A DNA stretch of 64,000 nucleotides from assembly GCA_963729605.1 (NCBI GenBank), contig CAVSNY010000007.1:736001-800000 (forward strand). The letters run 5' to 3'. The first letter of the stretch is position 1, and every line of letters begins with the position of its first letter. Positions 40,505-49,103 of this stretch are shown in pieces. The stretch comes from an uncultured Gammaproteobacteria bacterium. GTDB lineage: Bacteria > Pseudomonadota > Gammaproteobacteria > DRLM01. A program made the translations under genes and the position numbers. The notes beneath the pieces are model-generated. The model saw only the letters and a program-made list of their open reading frames with translations. It did not search any database and was not told where the DNA came from.

Positions 40505-41727
40505 AGATCGGTGTTACGGGAATCGCGATCGGCCTGATCGCCGTAAGCGGCGCGCTGGTGGCGGCCTATCAATTCGGCACTCAGCGCCAGTCAGACGGTT
40601 TGAATGCCGGCGCGGCGGGTTTGGCGCAGCGTGCCGCCGCGCCCGGCGGTGTCATGCCGGCCAATCACCCCGCGACGGCGGGCGTCGGCGGATCCGTCGG
40701 CGACAATAAATTCGCCCACTTCCGGGTCGGCAACCGCAATGTGAAGAGTATTTACGCCGACGGCGGCGTGGTGTGGATCGGCACCTCGGGCGGGGTGATC
40801 CGCTATGATGTCGCGACGGATAAACACCAGCTGTTCGACAATCAACTGACCGGCCTGCTCTCCAACGGGATATTTCATGTCAGCCGGGTCGGCCGACGAA
40901 TGGTGGTGGGCACTTACGGCGGTGGTCTGTCGGTGTTCGATCCGGCCAAGGACGCCTGGCGCAACTACAATATCCCCGACGGTTTGGCCGACCAGTTCGT
41001 CTACGACGTGCAGCAGGTGCGCAACGGTGATGTGTGGATCGCCACCTGGTCCGGCGTCAACCGGGTGCGCGGCGGGGCCTTCGAAGATCCCAGCCAATGG
41101 GAAACCTTTACCGTTGAGAACACCGGCGGCGGTCTGCCCAATCCCTGGGTCTATGCCCTGGACGAAGGCAAGAACGGCGAGATGTGGTTCGCCACGGAAT
41201 ACGGCCTGGCCCGCTACCAGAACGGCAAGTGGGACCATTGGCAACACGCCGACGGTTTGGGCGCGCCCTACGAGCAGGTCAAAGAGGCCATCCAATTCAC
41301 CAGCGATCCCGGCCAGTCGTCGTCCCACCACGCCCAGCAGAAAGTCGAGCAGGGCTTGCAGGACGTCAACGTGGCCTATAATCCCAATTACATCATCTCC
41401 CTGGCGGTGACCGACGATGGAGTCGTGTGGTGCGGTACCTGGGGCGGCGGCTTGGCCCGTTTCGACGGCAAAACCTGGCGTAACTTCACCACCCAAGACG
41501 GCCTCCCCGCCAATCACATTTTCATGTTGTACAAGGGACCGGACGGCCAGTTGTGGGCCGGTACCAGCCGGGGTTTGGCGCGGCTCAATACGGACGGCAA
41601 GGGATTTACGGTGCTGACGACCCGTGACGGATTGTTCGCGGATAATGTCTTTTCCATGGCCCATGCCCAGGACGGCAGTGTATGGGTAGGGAGTTTTGGC
41701 GGCGTGGCCCGGCTCAACGGCTTATAG
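40501..41727 (+). CDS. Second stand-alone beta-propeller protein (paralogue)
   Basis: Same blade repeats (WIGTSGG, WCGTWGGG, DGLFADNVFS); N-terminal hydrophobic anchor and MPANHP linker. Confidence 0.85.
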   Translation: MKIGVTGIAIGLIAVSGALVAAYQFGTQRQSDGLNAGAAGLAQRAAAPGGVMPANHPATAGVGGSVGDNKFAHFRVGNRNVKSIYADGGVVWIGTSGGVIRYDVATDKHQLFDNQLTGLLSNGIFHVSRVGRRMVVGTYGGGLSVFDPAKDAWRNYNIPDGLADQFVYDVQQVRNGDVWIATWSGVNRVRGGAFEDPSQWETFTVENTGGGLPNPWVYALDEGKNGEMWFATEYGLARYQNGKWDHWQHADGLGAPYEQVKEAIQFTSDPGQSSSHHAQQKVEQGLQDVNVAYNPNYIISLAVTDDGVVWCGTWGGGLARFDGKTWRNFTTQDGLPANHIFMLYKGPDGQLWAGTSRGLARLNTDGKGFTVLTTRDGLFADNVFSMAHAQDGSVWVGSFGGVARLNGL

Positions 41728-41964
41728 CGTCTCATCTCTCTGCCTGAGCGACGCTAGCCTGGGGTTTTTCCTGGGTTTTTAGTCCAGTTCCGCGAAATGC
41801 TGCCGATAACCCTGTGGGGCTTATACCGGCCCCGCAGAGAGACATATGCCACAAACACTGGGTGTGTATCATCATTTTTCCGCTCCGAATGCGGCTTGTT
41901 CTCGTCCTTTGCGAAGCCGGGGTAAGCAGGTATTTGTCGGCTTGCCGGCGACCGGGATGCGGTC

Positions 41965-44436
41965 ATGAGGAGTCTCGGTACCCGCTTGGCCCTGGTGATC
42001 TCGGCGGTGTTGTCGCTGCTGGTCTTGTTCGCCGGCATGTGGCTGGAGCGGCAAGTCACCGAGACCATGCGCGCCGAAGAGGTGCGCCAGGCCAAATTGC
42101 ACGCCGGTACCTTGCTGGGCAGTTTGCAGACCTTGATGCTGAACGGCCAGGGCACGCTGGCCCGTTCCTGGCTGGACCGCATGCACGGTGAAGCCGGCAT
42201 CGTAGATATCGAGGTGCTGCGCCGGGACGGCGTGGAGGCCTTCACCGATTTGTCCACGGTGAAGGCCGTGAATGAGTATCTGGGCTACCCGCGTTTTCAG
42301 CGGGAACCTTCACTATCCCGCCATGGCCCTGACGTCAACAAGCCCGCCTTCAAACAGGCCTTGCAGGGCGAGTTGTCGGTGGATTGGGCCACGCCCGGCC
42401 AGATGTCTTTATACATGCCCATCGAGAGGCGCGGGGAATGTATCGCCTGTCATGGTTATGAAGATGATCCCATGCGCGGCGTCTTGAAGCTGGCCTTGTC
42501 CACCGTGGCGGCGGAAAACCGCATCGACGCCATGCGTCATCGGGTGTGGGTGATGTCCGCCGGCCTGGTGTTGCTGCTGGGCGTGGCGATGTGGGTGGCC
42601 TTGCGGGTCAGCGTGCTGGGGCCGATCGCCCATTTGCGCGATGCGATCAAACGGGTGGGCGAAGGCGACCGCGACGCCAAGCTGCCGGTCGGACGCCGCG
42701 ATGAGGTAGGCGAGGTGTCCGAGGTCTTCAACCGCATGCAGGACCAGTTGGTGGCAAGCGAGGTGCGGATCCGCGCCGTCATGGACAACGTGCTGGACGC
42801 CATCATCACCTTCGATGGAAAAGGTACGATCGAGTCGGCCAATCAGGCGGTGCGCAATGTGTTCGCATGCAGTCCCGAGGAACTGCTCGGCCAGAATCTC
42901 AAGATGTTGATGCCGGAACCTTACCGCGGCGAATACGAGCGCTTTCTGGCCCATTACATCGAAAGCGGCGAGCCGCGCATCCTCGGCGTGGGCCGCGAGG
43001 TGATGGGCCAGCGCAAGGGCGGCGGCATCTTCCCCATGGATTTGGCGGTGAGCGAGATGTGGGTGCACGGCCGGCGTTATTTCATCGGCATCATCCGCGA
43101 CATCACCGAACGCAAAGAGCAGATGGCGGCCATCGAATATCAGGCACTGCACGACGCCTTGACCGATTTGCCCAATCGCTCCCTGCTCTCCGATCGCCTG
43201 CACCAGGCGATCCTCAACGCGATCCGCGACAAGACGCCCCTGGCCTTGATCATCATGGATCTCGACCACTTCAAAGAGATCAACGATACCCTCGGCCATC
43301 ACAACGGCGACTTGATTTTGAAACAGGTGGCGACCCGGGTGCGCGGCGTGTTGCGTGAATCGGACACCGTGGCCCGCCTCGGCGGCGACGAGTTCGCGGT
43401 GCTGTTGCCCACCGCGGATTTGATCGACGCCACCCGCATCGCCAAGAAAATTCTGAGCGCCCTCGACCAGCCCTTCGATCTGGAAGGACAGTCCTTCCAC
43501 GTCGGCGGCAGCCTGGGCATCGCGCTGCTGCCCGAACACGGCCGCGACGGCACGGCGCTGATGAAGCGCGCCGACGTCGCGATGTACGAGGCCAAGCGCG
43601 GCAAGACCGGTTTCGCTTTATACGATCCTTCCAAGGATCAACACAGCCTGCGCAATCTGTCCTTGATGGGCGATTTGCGCTCCGCCATCGAACAAAACCA
43701 GTTGGTGCTTTACTATCAACCCAAGGTCAATATGCAGACCGGGCGGGTCAGCGGCGTGGAGGCCCTGGTACGCTGGCAACACCCGCAACATGGCTTGATG
43801 TATCCCGACGACTTCATCCCGCTCGCCGAGCAGGCGGGTTTGATCCGCCAGGTGACCTTGTGGGTGTTGGAAAAGGCCCTGGCCCAACACACCGATTGGT
43901 TGCAGATGGGTATCGACTTGAGCATGGCGGTGAACCTGTCGGCGCGTAACCTGCAGGACAATGTCTTCCCCGACGAGGTGGGCGCCCTGCTGCGCGGTTA
44001 TCACCATACGCAATTGTCGCGACTGCGTTTCGAGATCACCGAAACCGCGATGATGGCCGACCCCGGCCGCGCGGCGGAGATACTCAACGCCCTCGGCGCC
44101 ATGGGTATCCGGTTGTCGATCGACGATTTCGGCACCGGCTATTCCTCCTTGGCGTACCTCAAGCAATTGCCGGTGGCGGAATTGAAGATCGACAAGTCCT
44201 TCGTGCTGGGCATGAGCACCGACGACAACGACGCGGTGATCGTGCGTTCCACCATCGACCTCGCCCATAACATCGGCATGCGGGTGGTGGCGGAAGGTGT
44301 CGAGGATAAAAAGACCTACGACATGTTGGCCACGCTGGGTTGCGACGTGGTGCAGGGTTATTTCATCAGCCGGCCGGTGACGCCCGAGGAATTATTGCGC
44401 TGGTTGCAGAATCCGCCCTGGGGCCTGCAGGTATAA
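41965..44436 (+). CDS. Membrane c-di-GMP enzyme: periplasmic CxxCH sensor - HAMP - PAS - GGDEF - EAL
   Basis: Two TM helices flanking CIACH; RRDEVGEV HAMP; PAS ending RDITERK; RESD I-site with RLGGDEF; VEALVRW, IDDFGTGYSSL, LKIDKSF, VAEGVE. Confidence 0.93.
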   Translation: MRSLGTRLALVISAVLSLLVLFAGMWLERQVTETMRAEEVRQAKLHAGTLLGSLQTLMLNGQGTLARSWLDRMHGEAGIVDIEVLRRDGVEAFTDLSTVKAVNEYLGYPRFQREPSLSRHGPDVNKPAFKQALQGELSVDWATPGQMSLYMPIERRGECIACHGYEDDPMRGVLKLALSTVAAENRIDAMRHRVWVMSAGLVLLLGVAMWVALRVSVLGPIAHLRDAIKRVGEGDRDAKLPVGRRDEVGEVSEVFNRMQDQLVASEVRIRAVMDNVLDAIITFDGKGTIESANQAVRNVFACSPEELLGQNLKMLMPEPYRGEYERFLAHYIESGEPRILGVGREVMGQRKGGGIFPMDLAVSEMWVHGRRYFIGIIRDITERKEQMAAIEYQALHDALTDLPNRSLLSDRLHQAILNAIRDKTPLALIIMDLDHFKEINDTLGHHNGDLILKQVATRVRGVLRESDTVARLGGDEFAVLLPTADLIDATRIAKKILSALDQPFDLEGQSFHVGGSLGIALLPEHGRDGTALMKRADVAMYEAKRGKTGFALYDPSKDQHSLRNLSLMGDLRSAIEQNQLVLYYQPKVNMQTGRVSGVEALVRWQHPQHGLMYPDDFIPLAEQAGLIRQVTLWVLEKALAQHTDWLQMGIDLSMAVNLSARNLQDNVFPDEVGALLRGYHHTQLSRLRFEITETAMMADPGRAAEILNALGAMGIRLSIDDFGTGYSSLAYLKQLPVAELKIDKSFVLGMSTDDNDAVIVRSTIDLAHNIGMRVVAEGVEDKKTYDMLATLGCDVVQGYFISRPVTPEELLRWLQNPPWGLQV

Positions 44437-44673
44437 TCCCGGCGGGCGCCATTCCCGCTGCTCGCGGCGTAGAGATACAACAAGGGTTAACGAAGATTGC
44501 GCTATACGAGGCGATACCTCGTAGCGTGCGCCGCACGGAAAGGCGGCTTACGCGCGCACGGCGCACATTGTGGCTGGCGCCATTACTATAATCTCCCACC
44601 CGTGTGATTCTCCCTTTGATCTGGCGCGGGGAGAACGCAGCGAGGGTAGCTTCCCGTGCGCAGTCAGGCCCCT

Positions 44674-45816
44674 TTAACGCGCCGGCGCGGTCGGCGCCGT
44701 GGTTGCCCAATCGTCGGGCGCGCGGCGCACCGGCCGGAAGATATCGATCTTGCGAAAATATTGATCGGCTATATATACCCGCCCCGTTTCGTCCACCGCC
44801 ACCCCGGCTGGCAAATAAAATTTGCCCGGCTTGCTGCTCTCGTCCCGATTGCCGATGTGCATCAGGATCTGGCCTTGCGGGTTGAAGAGCTGGACATTGC
44901 CGAAGGCGGCGTCGGCCACGTAAATGGTACCTTCGGCGTCGGTGGCGATGCCTTTGGGTCGGGCGAATTGGCCGGGGAAACGCCCCACTTCGCCGAAGGC
45001 GAGGCGAAAACTCCCGTCGGCCGCGAAGCCCTGCACCCGGAAATTGCCGCCGTCCACCACGTACACGCTGCCGTCCGCGGCGGTGGCGGCCTGCAACGGC
45101 AGATTGAATTGGCCGTTGCCGGTGCCGCGGGTGCCGATGGTTTGCAGCAAGGCACCGCTGCGCGGATCGAGCACATGGACGTGATGCTGCTCGCTGTCCA
45201 CCCCGCCCACATCCACCACGTAAAGCCGCTGGCCGTCCGGGCTGAGGGCGACCCCCGAGGGCCGGCGCAGCTCGGCGTCGCTGCCGAGGACGCGGAGGTG
45301 CTTGCCGCCGGCGTCGTAGACCTGCACCCGCCGCGCGCTGACGTCGGCGACGTAGATTTCGTTATCGGGCGACAAGGTGATGCCGATGGGTTTTTGCAGC
45401 CGGCCCGGCTCGCTTTGGCCGAACTGGAGGAAGCGCTTGCCGGCGATGTCGAACAACAACACCGCGCTTTGCGCGGTGTCGGTGACGTAGACCCGCCCGC
45501 CGCGGGCGGCGACGCCGTAGGGTTTCACCAGGCCTTTGACTTCCTCGCCGCGGCCGGTGGCGAGTTCGCGCCAGCGGGCGAAGCCGCTCAACTGCTCGAC
45601 GTCTTCGTTGATGCGCAGGGTGCGTTCGTAGATGAAACGCGCCTCGTCGGGCGGCGGCGGATAGACGGGCGGTTCAAGCCGCGGGGCGGGCGGGGCGCTG
45701 GCGCAGCCGGTCAACAGGCCCAGCACGCATAACGCGACCAGACCCGGCTTTAGGGCGCCTCTAAAAACCCGCTGAAACCGCGATGGCGGTGTTGGAAACG
45801 TGCTCAAAATACTCAT
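44674..45816 (-). CDS. NHL-repeat (6-bladed beta-propeller) lipoprotein
   Basis: Lipobox LTGC; VYPPPPDEARF; repeats LVKPYGVA, LQKPIGI, LRRPSGVA, FNLP, FARPKGIA, FYLPAGVA. Confidence 0.9.
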   Translation of the reverse strand: MSILSTFPTPPSRFQRVFRGALKPGLVALCVLGLLTGCASAPPAPRLEPPVYPPPPDEARFIYERTLRINEDVEQLSGFARWRELATGRGEEVKGLVKPYGVAARGGRVYVTDTAQSAVLLFDIAGKRFLQFGQSEPGRLQKPIGITLSPDNEIYVADVSARRVQVYDAGGKHLRVLGSDAELRRPSGVALSPDGQRLYVVDVGGVDSEQHHVHVLDPRSGALLQTIGTRGTGNGQFNLPLQAATAADGSVYVVDGGNFRVQGFAADGSFRLAFGEVGRFPGQFARPKGIATDAEGTIYVADAAFGNVQLFNPQGQILMHIGNRDESSKPGKFYLPAGVAVDETGRVYIADQYFRKIDIFRPVRRAPDDWATTAPTAPAR

Positions 45817-45891
45817 GACTCCGTGTGCAGCGCGCTTTTTCGCCCATTTCCGCCTTGCCTTCGCGCCTTGATCGAATTTTTAGAGGCGCCC
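45753..45891. mobile_element. MITE family B (139 bp, perfect 15-bp TIR, TTTA target duplication)
   Basis: GGGCGCCTCTAAAAA (45753-67) / TTTTTAGAGGCGCCC (45877-91); TTTA at 45749-52 and 45892-95. Confidence 0.88.
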
Positions 45892-45892
45892 T

Positions 45893-46690
45893 TTATTTGA
45901 TATGGCATGTTTCACACAGGCGATCGGCGCGGGTGCGCAGCAGGAGCGTCACGTCGGGATCGTGGACGTTGTGGCAGGTGGCGCACTCGACTTTGCCGTC
46001 ATAAAGTTTGATGCCGTTGTCGAAACCGTAGGGGCTGTCGGGCGTGCGAAAATCCTGGTCGTTGTTGTTGAGGCCGGCATAGGTCATCGAGATGGCGTGG
46101 TCGTTGGTGAGATCGGTGCCGATGTGTTTGATGGCGATGCTGTGCGCCACCCGGCCGTCATGGCATTTGCCGCAGCTCATTAAATCGTTGCCGCCGTTGA
46201 GGCGCAAATGCAGCGCCGCGTCCTCGCTGCTCTGCCAGCCGTCGGGTTTGAACACCGTCATGTCCACGCCCATGGTGCCGTCGTGGCAGGACAGGCACAG
46301 CAGGCTGATCGGGCTGGGCGTGCGCACCTTGTTGTCGAGGGTGCGGGTATCGTAGATGTCATAGGCGCCGGTGGCGGGGACGAAACGATTCCAGCCCGGA
46401 ATGCCGCCTTGTCCGGCGCTGTCCTGCTCGGGCCGTTCGGGGGGCAGATGGCAATAGACGCAGGAGTTGCCGTAATCGGAGAAGGCCACTCCGGGCATGG
46501 CCACCACGCCGGCGCGCTGGTTGAGTCCGGTGAAGTCGTGTTTGGTGCCGAGCAGGGTGCCGGCCAGGGCATTCGCGCCGAGCAGCAGCGCGGCGATGAT
46601 GGCCGCGGCGCCGGCGATACGGGTGGCTGACGAGGCGCGCTCATGCGAACGCATCGGTGCGGGTGCGCTGTGCTGTGCTGGGCGTGTCAC
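45893..46690 (-). CDS. Pentaheme cytochrome c, OmcE-like motif order
   Basis: Signal peptide; TKHDF, CVYCH, WNR, CLSCHDG, CGKCH, GTDLTNDHAI, VECATCHNVHDP, LCETCHIK; start GTG 46690 or ATG 46654. Confidence 0.88.
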   Translation of the reverse strand: MTRPAQHSAPAPMRSHERASSATRIAGAAAIIAALLLGANALAGTLLGTKHDFTGLNQRAGVVAMPGVAFSDYGNSCVYCHLPPERPEQDSAGQGGIPGWNRFVPATGAYDIYDTRTLDNKVRTPSPISLLCLSCHDGTMGVDMTVFKPDGWQSSEDAALHLRLNGGNDLMSCGKCHDGRVAHSIAIKHIGTDLTNDHAISMTYAGLNNNDQDFRTPDSPYGFDNGIKLYDGKVECATCHNVHDPDVTLLLRTRADRLCETCHIK

Positions 46691-46877
46691 TGCGTGCAGA
46701 ACCTTTCCGCTTGATTTTGGCCGGGAACGGCAGTCTAGTTATGACTGGTCCAAGAGTAGCGCAATTCATTTATTTGCGCCACAATGATGCCCGCCCCGGA
46801 GAATATATGCCCGCCGCTGCGGCGGTCCGGGTCATATGCGAATGTCTTAACCCAGCGGAACATCCGACAGCCTCACG

Positions 46878-47924
46878 ATGACTATGCGCGCCGCGGCCTT
46901 CGCCGCCCTTACAGTCTTGACCGTGCTGATCGCCACCCCGGCCTCCGCCGCGGTGGACGGCGCGGCGGTGTACGTCGAGCATTGCCAGGTCTGCCACGGC
47001 GACAAAGGCGACGGCAATACCCGCGTGCGGCGGGGTTTGACGCCGCCGCCGCGCGACTTCACCAGCGCGCGGGCGCGCCAGGAGTTGAGCCGCGAGCGCA
47101 TGATCAATTCGATTGCCCACGGCCGGCCCGGCACCGCCATGGTGGGATTCGGTCAGCGCCTGTCGGAAGAGGAGATCGCCGCGGTGGCCGATCACATCCG
47201 CGCCAGTTTCATGACCGCCCGTGACGGCAAGGCCGAGCCCCGTCCTGCCAAACTGGTGTTGGGCGAACAATTGTACGTGCGCAATTGCGCCGTGTGTCAC
47301 GGCGACAAGGGCAGTGGCGCGATGTGGACCCAGTCGAGCCTCAACCCGGCGCCGCGGGACTTCACCTCGCCGGCGACCCGCGAGGAATTGAGCCGCGAGC
47401 GGATGATCAACTCGGTGACCTTCGGCCGGCCCGGTACGGCGATGATGTCCTTCAGCAAACGGCTTTCTCCCGCCGAGATCGAGACGGTGGTCGACTATGT
47501 GCGCGCCACCTTCTTTTTGAAGGAGCCCGCCCTGCCGCCCGAGCACGCGCAGCGGGTCCAGGCCGACATGGCGCAGCCCTTTCCCAACGGTTTGCGCGGC
47601 GACGCCGCTTGGGGACGGGAGTTTTACGAACACAATTGTTTCACCTGCCACGGCAAGGAAGGCGACGGCAAAGGGCCGCGCTCGAAATTCATCAATCCCA
47701 AGCCGCGTAATTTCCTCGAAACCGATTCACGCGCGCGGTTGAACCGGCCCGCCCTGTTCGACGCGGTGCGCGACGGGCTGCGCGGCACGGTGATGCCGGC
47801 CTGGGGCAAGGTGCTCAGCGAACAGGAGATCGCCAACGTGGCGGAATATGTGTTCACCGCCTTCGTCCATCCGGCCGCCGCCTCCGCCCCCCCGGCGGAT
47901 AAAAAAAAACTGAACGCCCCGTAG
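46878..47924 (+). CDS. Tri-heme cytochrome c (three class I His/Met domains); N-terminal half of a possible hexaheme fusion
   Basis: Signal peptide; CQVCH, CAVCH, CFTCH each followed by PxPRxF and GxxGTxM. Confidence 0.92.
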   Translation: MTMRAAAFAALTVLTVLIATPASAAVDGAAVYVEHCQVCHGDKGDGNTRVRRGLTPPPRDFTSARARQELSRERMINSIAHGRPGTAMVGFGQRLSEEEIAAVADHIRASFMTARDGKAEPRPAKLVLGEQLYVRNCAVCHGDKGSGAMWTQSSLNPAPRDFTSPATREELSRERMINSVTFGRPGTAMMSFSKRLSPAEIETVVDYVRATFFLKEPALPPEHAQRVQADMAQPFPNGLRGDAAWGREFYEHNCFTCHGKEGDGKGPRSKFINPKPRNFLETDSRARLNRPALFDAVRDGLRGTVMPAWGKVLSEQEIANVAEYVFTAFVHPAAASAPPADKKKLNAP

Positions 47925-48868
47925 CCGCCAGCGCCGCGCAAATCGCCCGCGGCAAGCAGGTCTATAACGAACGCTGTTATTTCTGTCACGGCTACAACGG
48001 CGACGCCAAGACCTTGGCCGCCAGCTATCTGTCACCTCCGCCGCGGGATTTCACCAAGAGCGATCCCGCCAGGCTGAGCCGGGAAAAAATGATCGCCGCC
48101 GTACGCGACGGCCGGCCCGGCACGGCCATGAAAAGTTTCTCGACGCTGTTGAACGAGCAGGATATCGCCGCCGTGGTGGACTTCGTCCGTGCCACCTTCA
48201 TCGACCAGCGCGGTATCAACACTTATTACCATACCGTTGAAAACGGCTGGCCCGATCATCAACGCTACGCGGCGGCCTTTCCGTTCGCCTTGGGCGAGAT
48301 CGCGCTGGACACGCCGTGGGAGGAATTGACCCCGGCCCAGCAGGCGGGCAAACGTTTGTTCATGTCGAGTTGCATCAGTTGCCACGACCGGGCGCGGGTC
48401 AACGACGAAGGCGTGGTGTGGGACCCGCGCTCGGTGTCGTTTCCGCGCGGGGGCTACCGGCATGATGTCGAGCAGGATAAAAAAGTGGACGCGGTGAGCG
48501 GGGCGACACCCTACGCCAAACACGATAAGCCGCCCAAGCTGGAAAAGGCCACGGCGCAGGAGCGGCGCGGCGAACAGTTGTTTCAGGCCAATTGCGCGTT
48601 CTGTCACGCCGCGGACGGCACGGCGCGCAATTGGATCGGACGGTTTCTCGAGCCCCATCCCCGCGACCTCACCGACGCCGCGGCCATGAAGGGGATGGGG
48701 CGGGCGGAAATCAAAGAGGCGATCCGCGAGGGTGTGCCGGGCACGCCGATGTCGGCGTGGAAGCATGTGCTGCCGGATCAGGACATCGACGCCATCGTCG
48801 CCTATATCGTTCGGGTCTTTCATCCGCTGCCGGCGGTTCCCGATCGGCCTCCCGCCCCCCGGCCTTGA
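47903..48868 (+). CDS. Tri-heme cytochrome c C-terminal module in the -1 frame, lacking its own start and signal peptide
   Basis: Frame open from 47903 (after TAA 47900-02); CYFCH at 47975-89 precedes the first canonical start (TTG 48014); also CISCH and CAFCH. Confidence 0.85.
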   Translation, partial: KKTERPVAASAAQIARGKQVYNERCYFCHGYNGDAKTLAASYLSPPPRDFTKSDPARLSREKMIAAVRDGRPGTAMKSFSTLLNEQDIAAVVDFVRATFIDQRGINTYYHTVENGWPDHQRYAAAFPFALGEIALDTPWEELTPAQQAGKRLFMSSCISCHDRARVNDEGVVWDPRSVSFPRGGYRHDVEQDKKVDAVSGATPYAKHDKPPKLEKATAQERRGEQLFQANCAFCHAADGTARNWIGRFLEPHPRDLTDAAAMKGMGRAEIKEAIREGVPGTPMSAWKHVLPDQDIDAIVAYIVRVFHPLPAVPDRPPAPRP

Positions 48869-48916
48869 TATTCGCGCTTTCGCTTTGCGGCCGCGATCCT
48901 TATCATCGGTATTTAA

Positions 48917-49062
48917 GGACGCGCTGGATAATTACACCTGGAATTTTCAGAGCAAGGGCAGCAAGAAGGCGATTTTCGCCGCCTTTCATGTTCAACGGTT
49001 AACACCCATGAACAGGCGGCACATTCATCTGCCGCAGGCCCTTTGAATAAATCAGCGGTTCC
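48917..49062. mobile_element. MITE family A copy 2 (TTAA direct repeats)
   Basis: GGACGCGCTGGATAATTAC ... GAATAAATCAGCGGTTCC, TTAA at 48913-16 and 49063-66; internal blocks shared with 15089-15242. Confidence 0.75.
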
Positions 49063-49103
49063 TTAAGCTTATCGGATTGAATGACCAGCGAGGCGGTTGA
49101 GAC

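Noticed and set aside
47887-47893. C7 run as the frameshift site in the cytochrome gene
   Set aside because: A shift here into the -1 frame meets TAA at 47900-02; only a shift at or after the A9 run joins the halves
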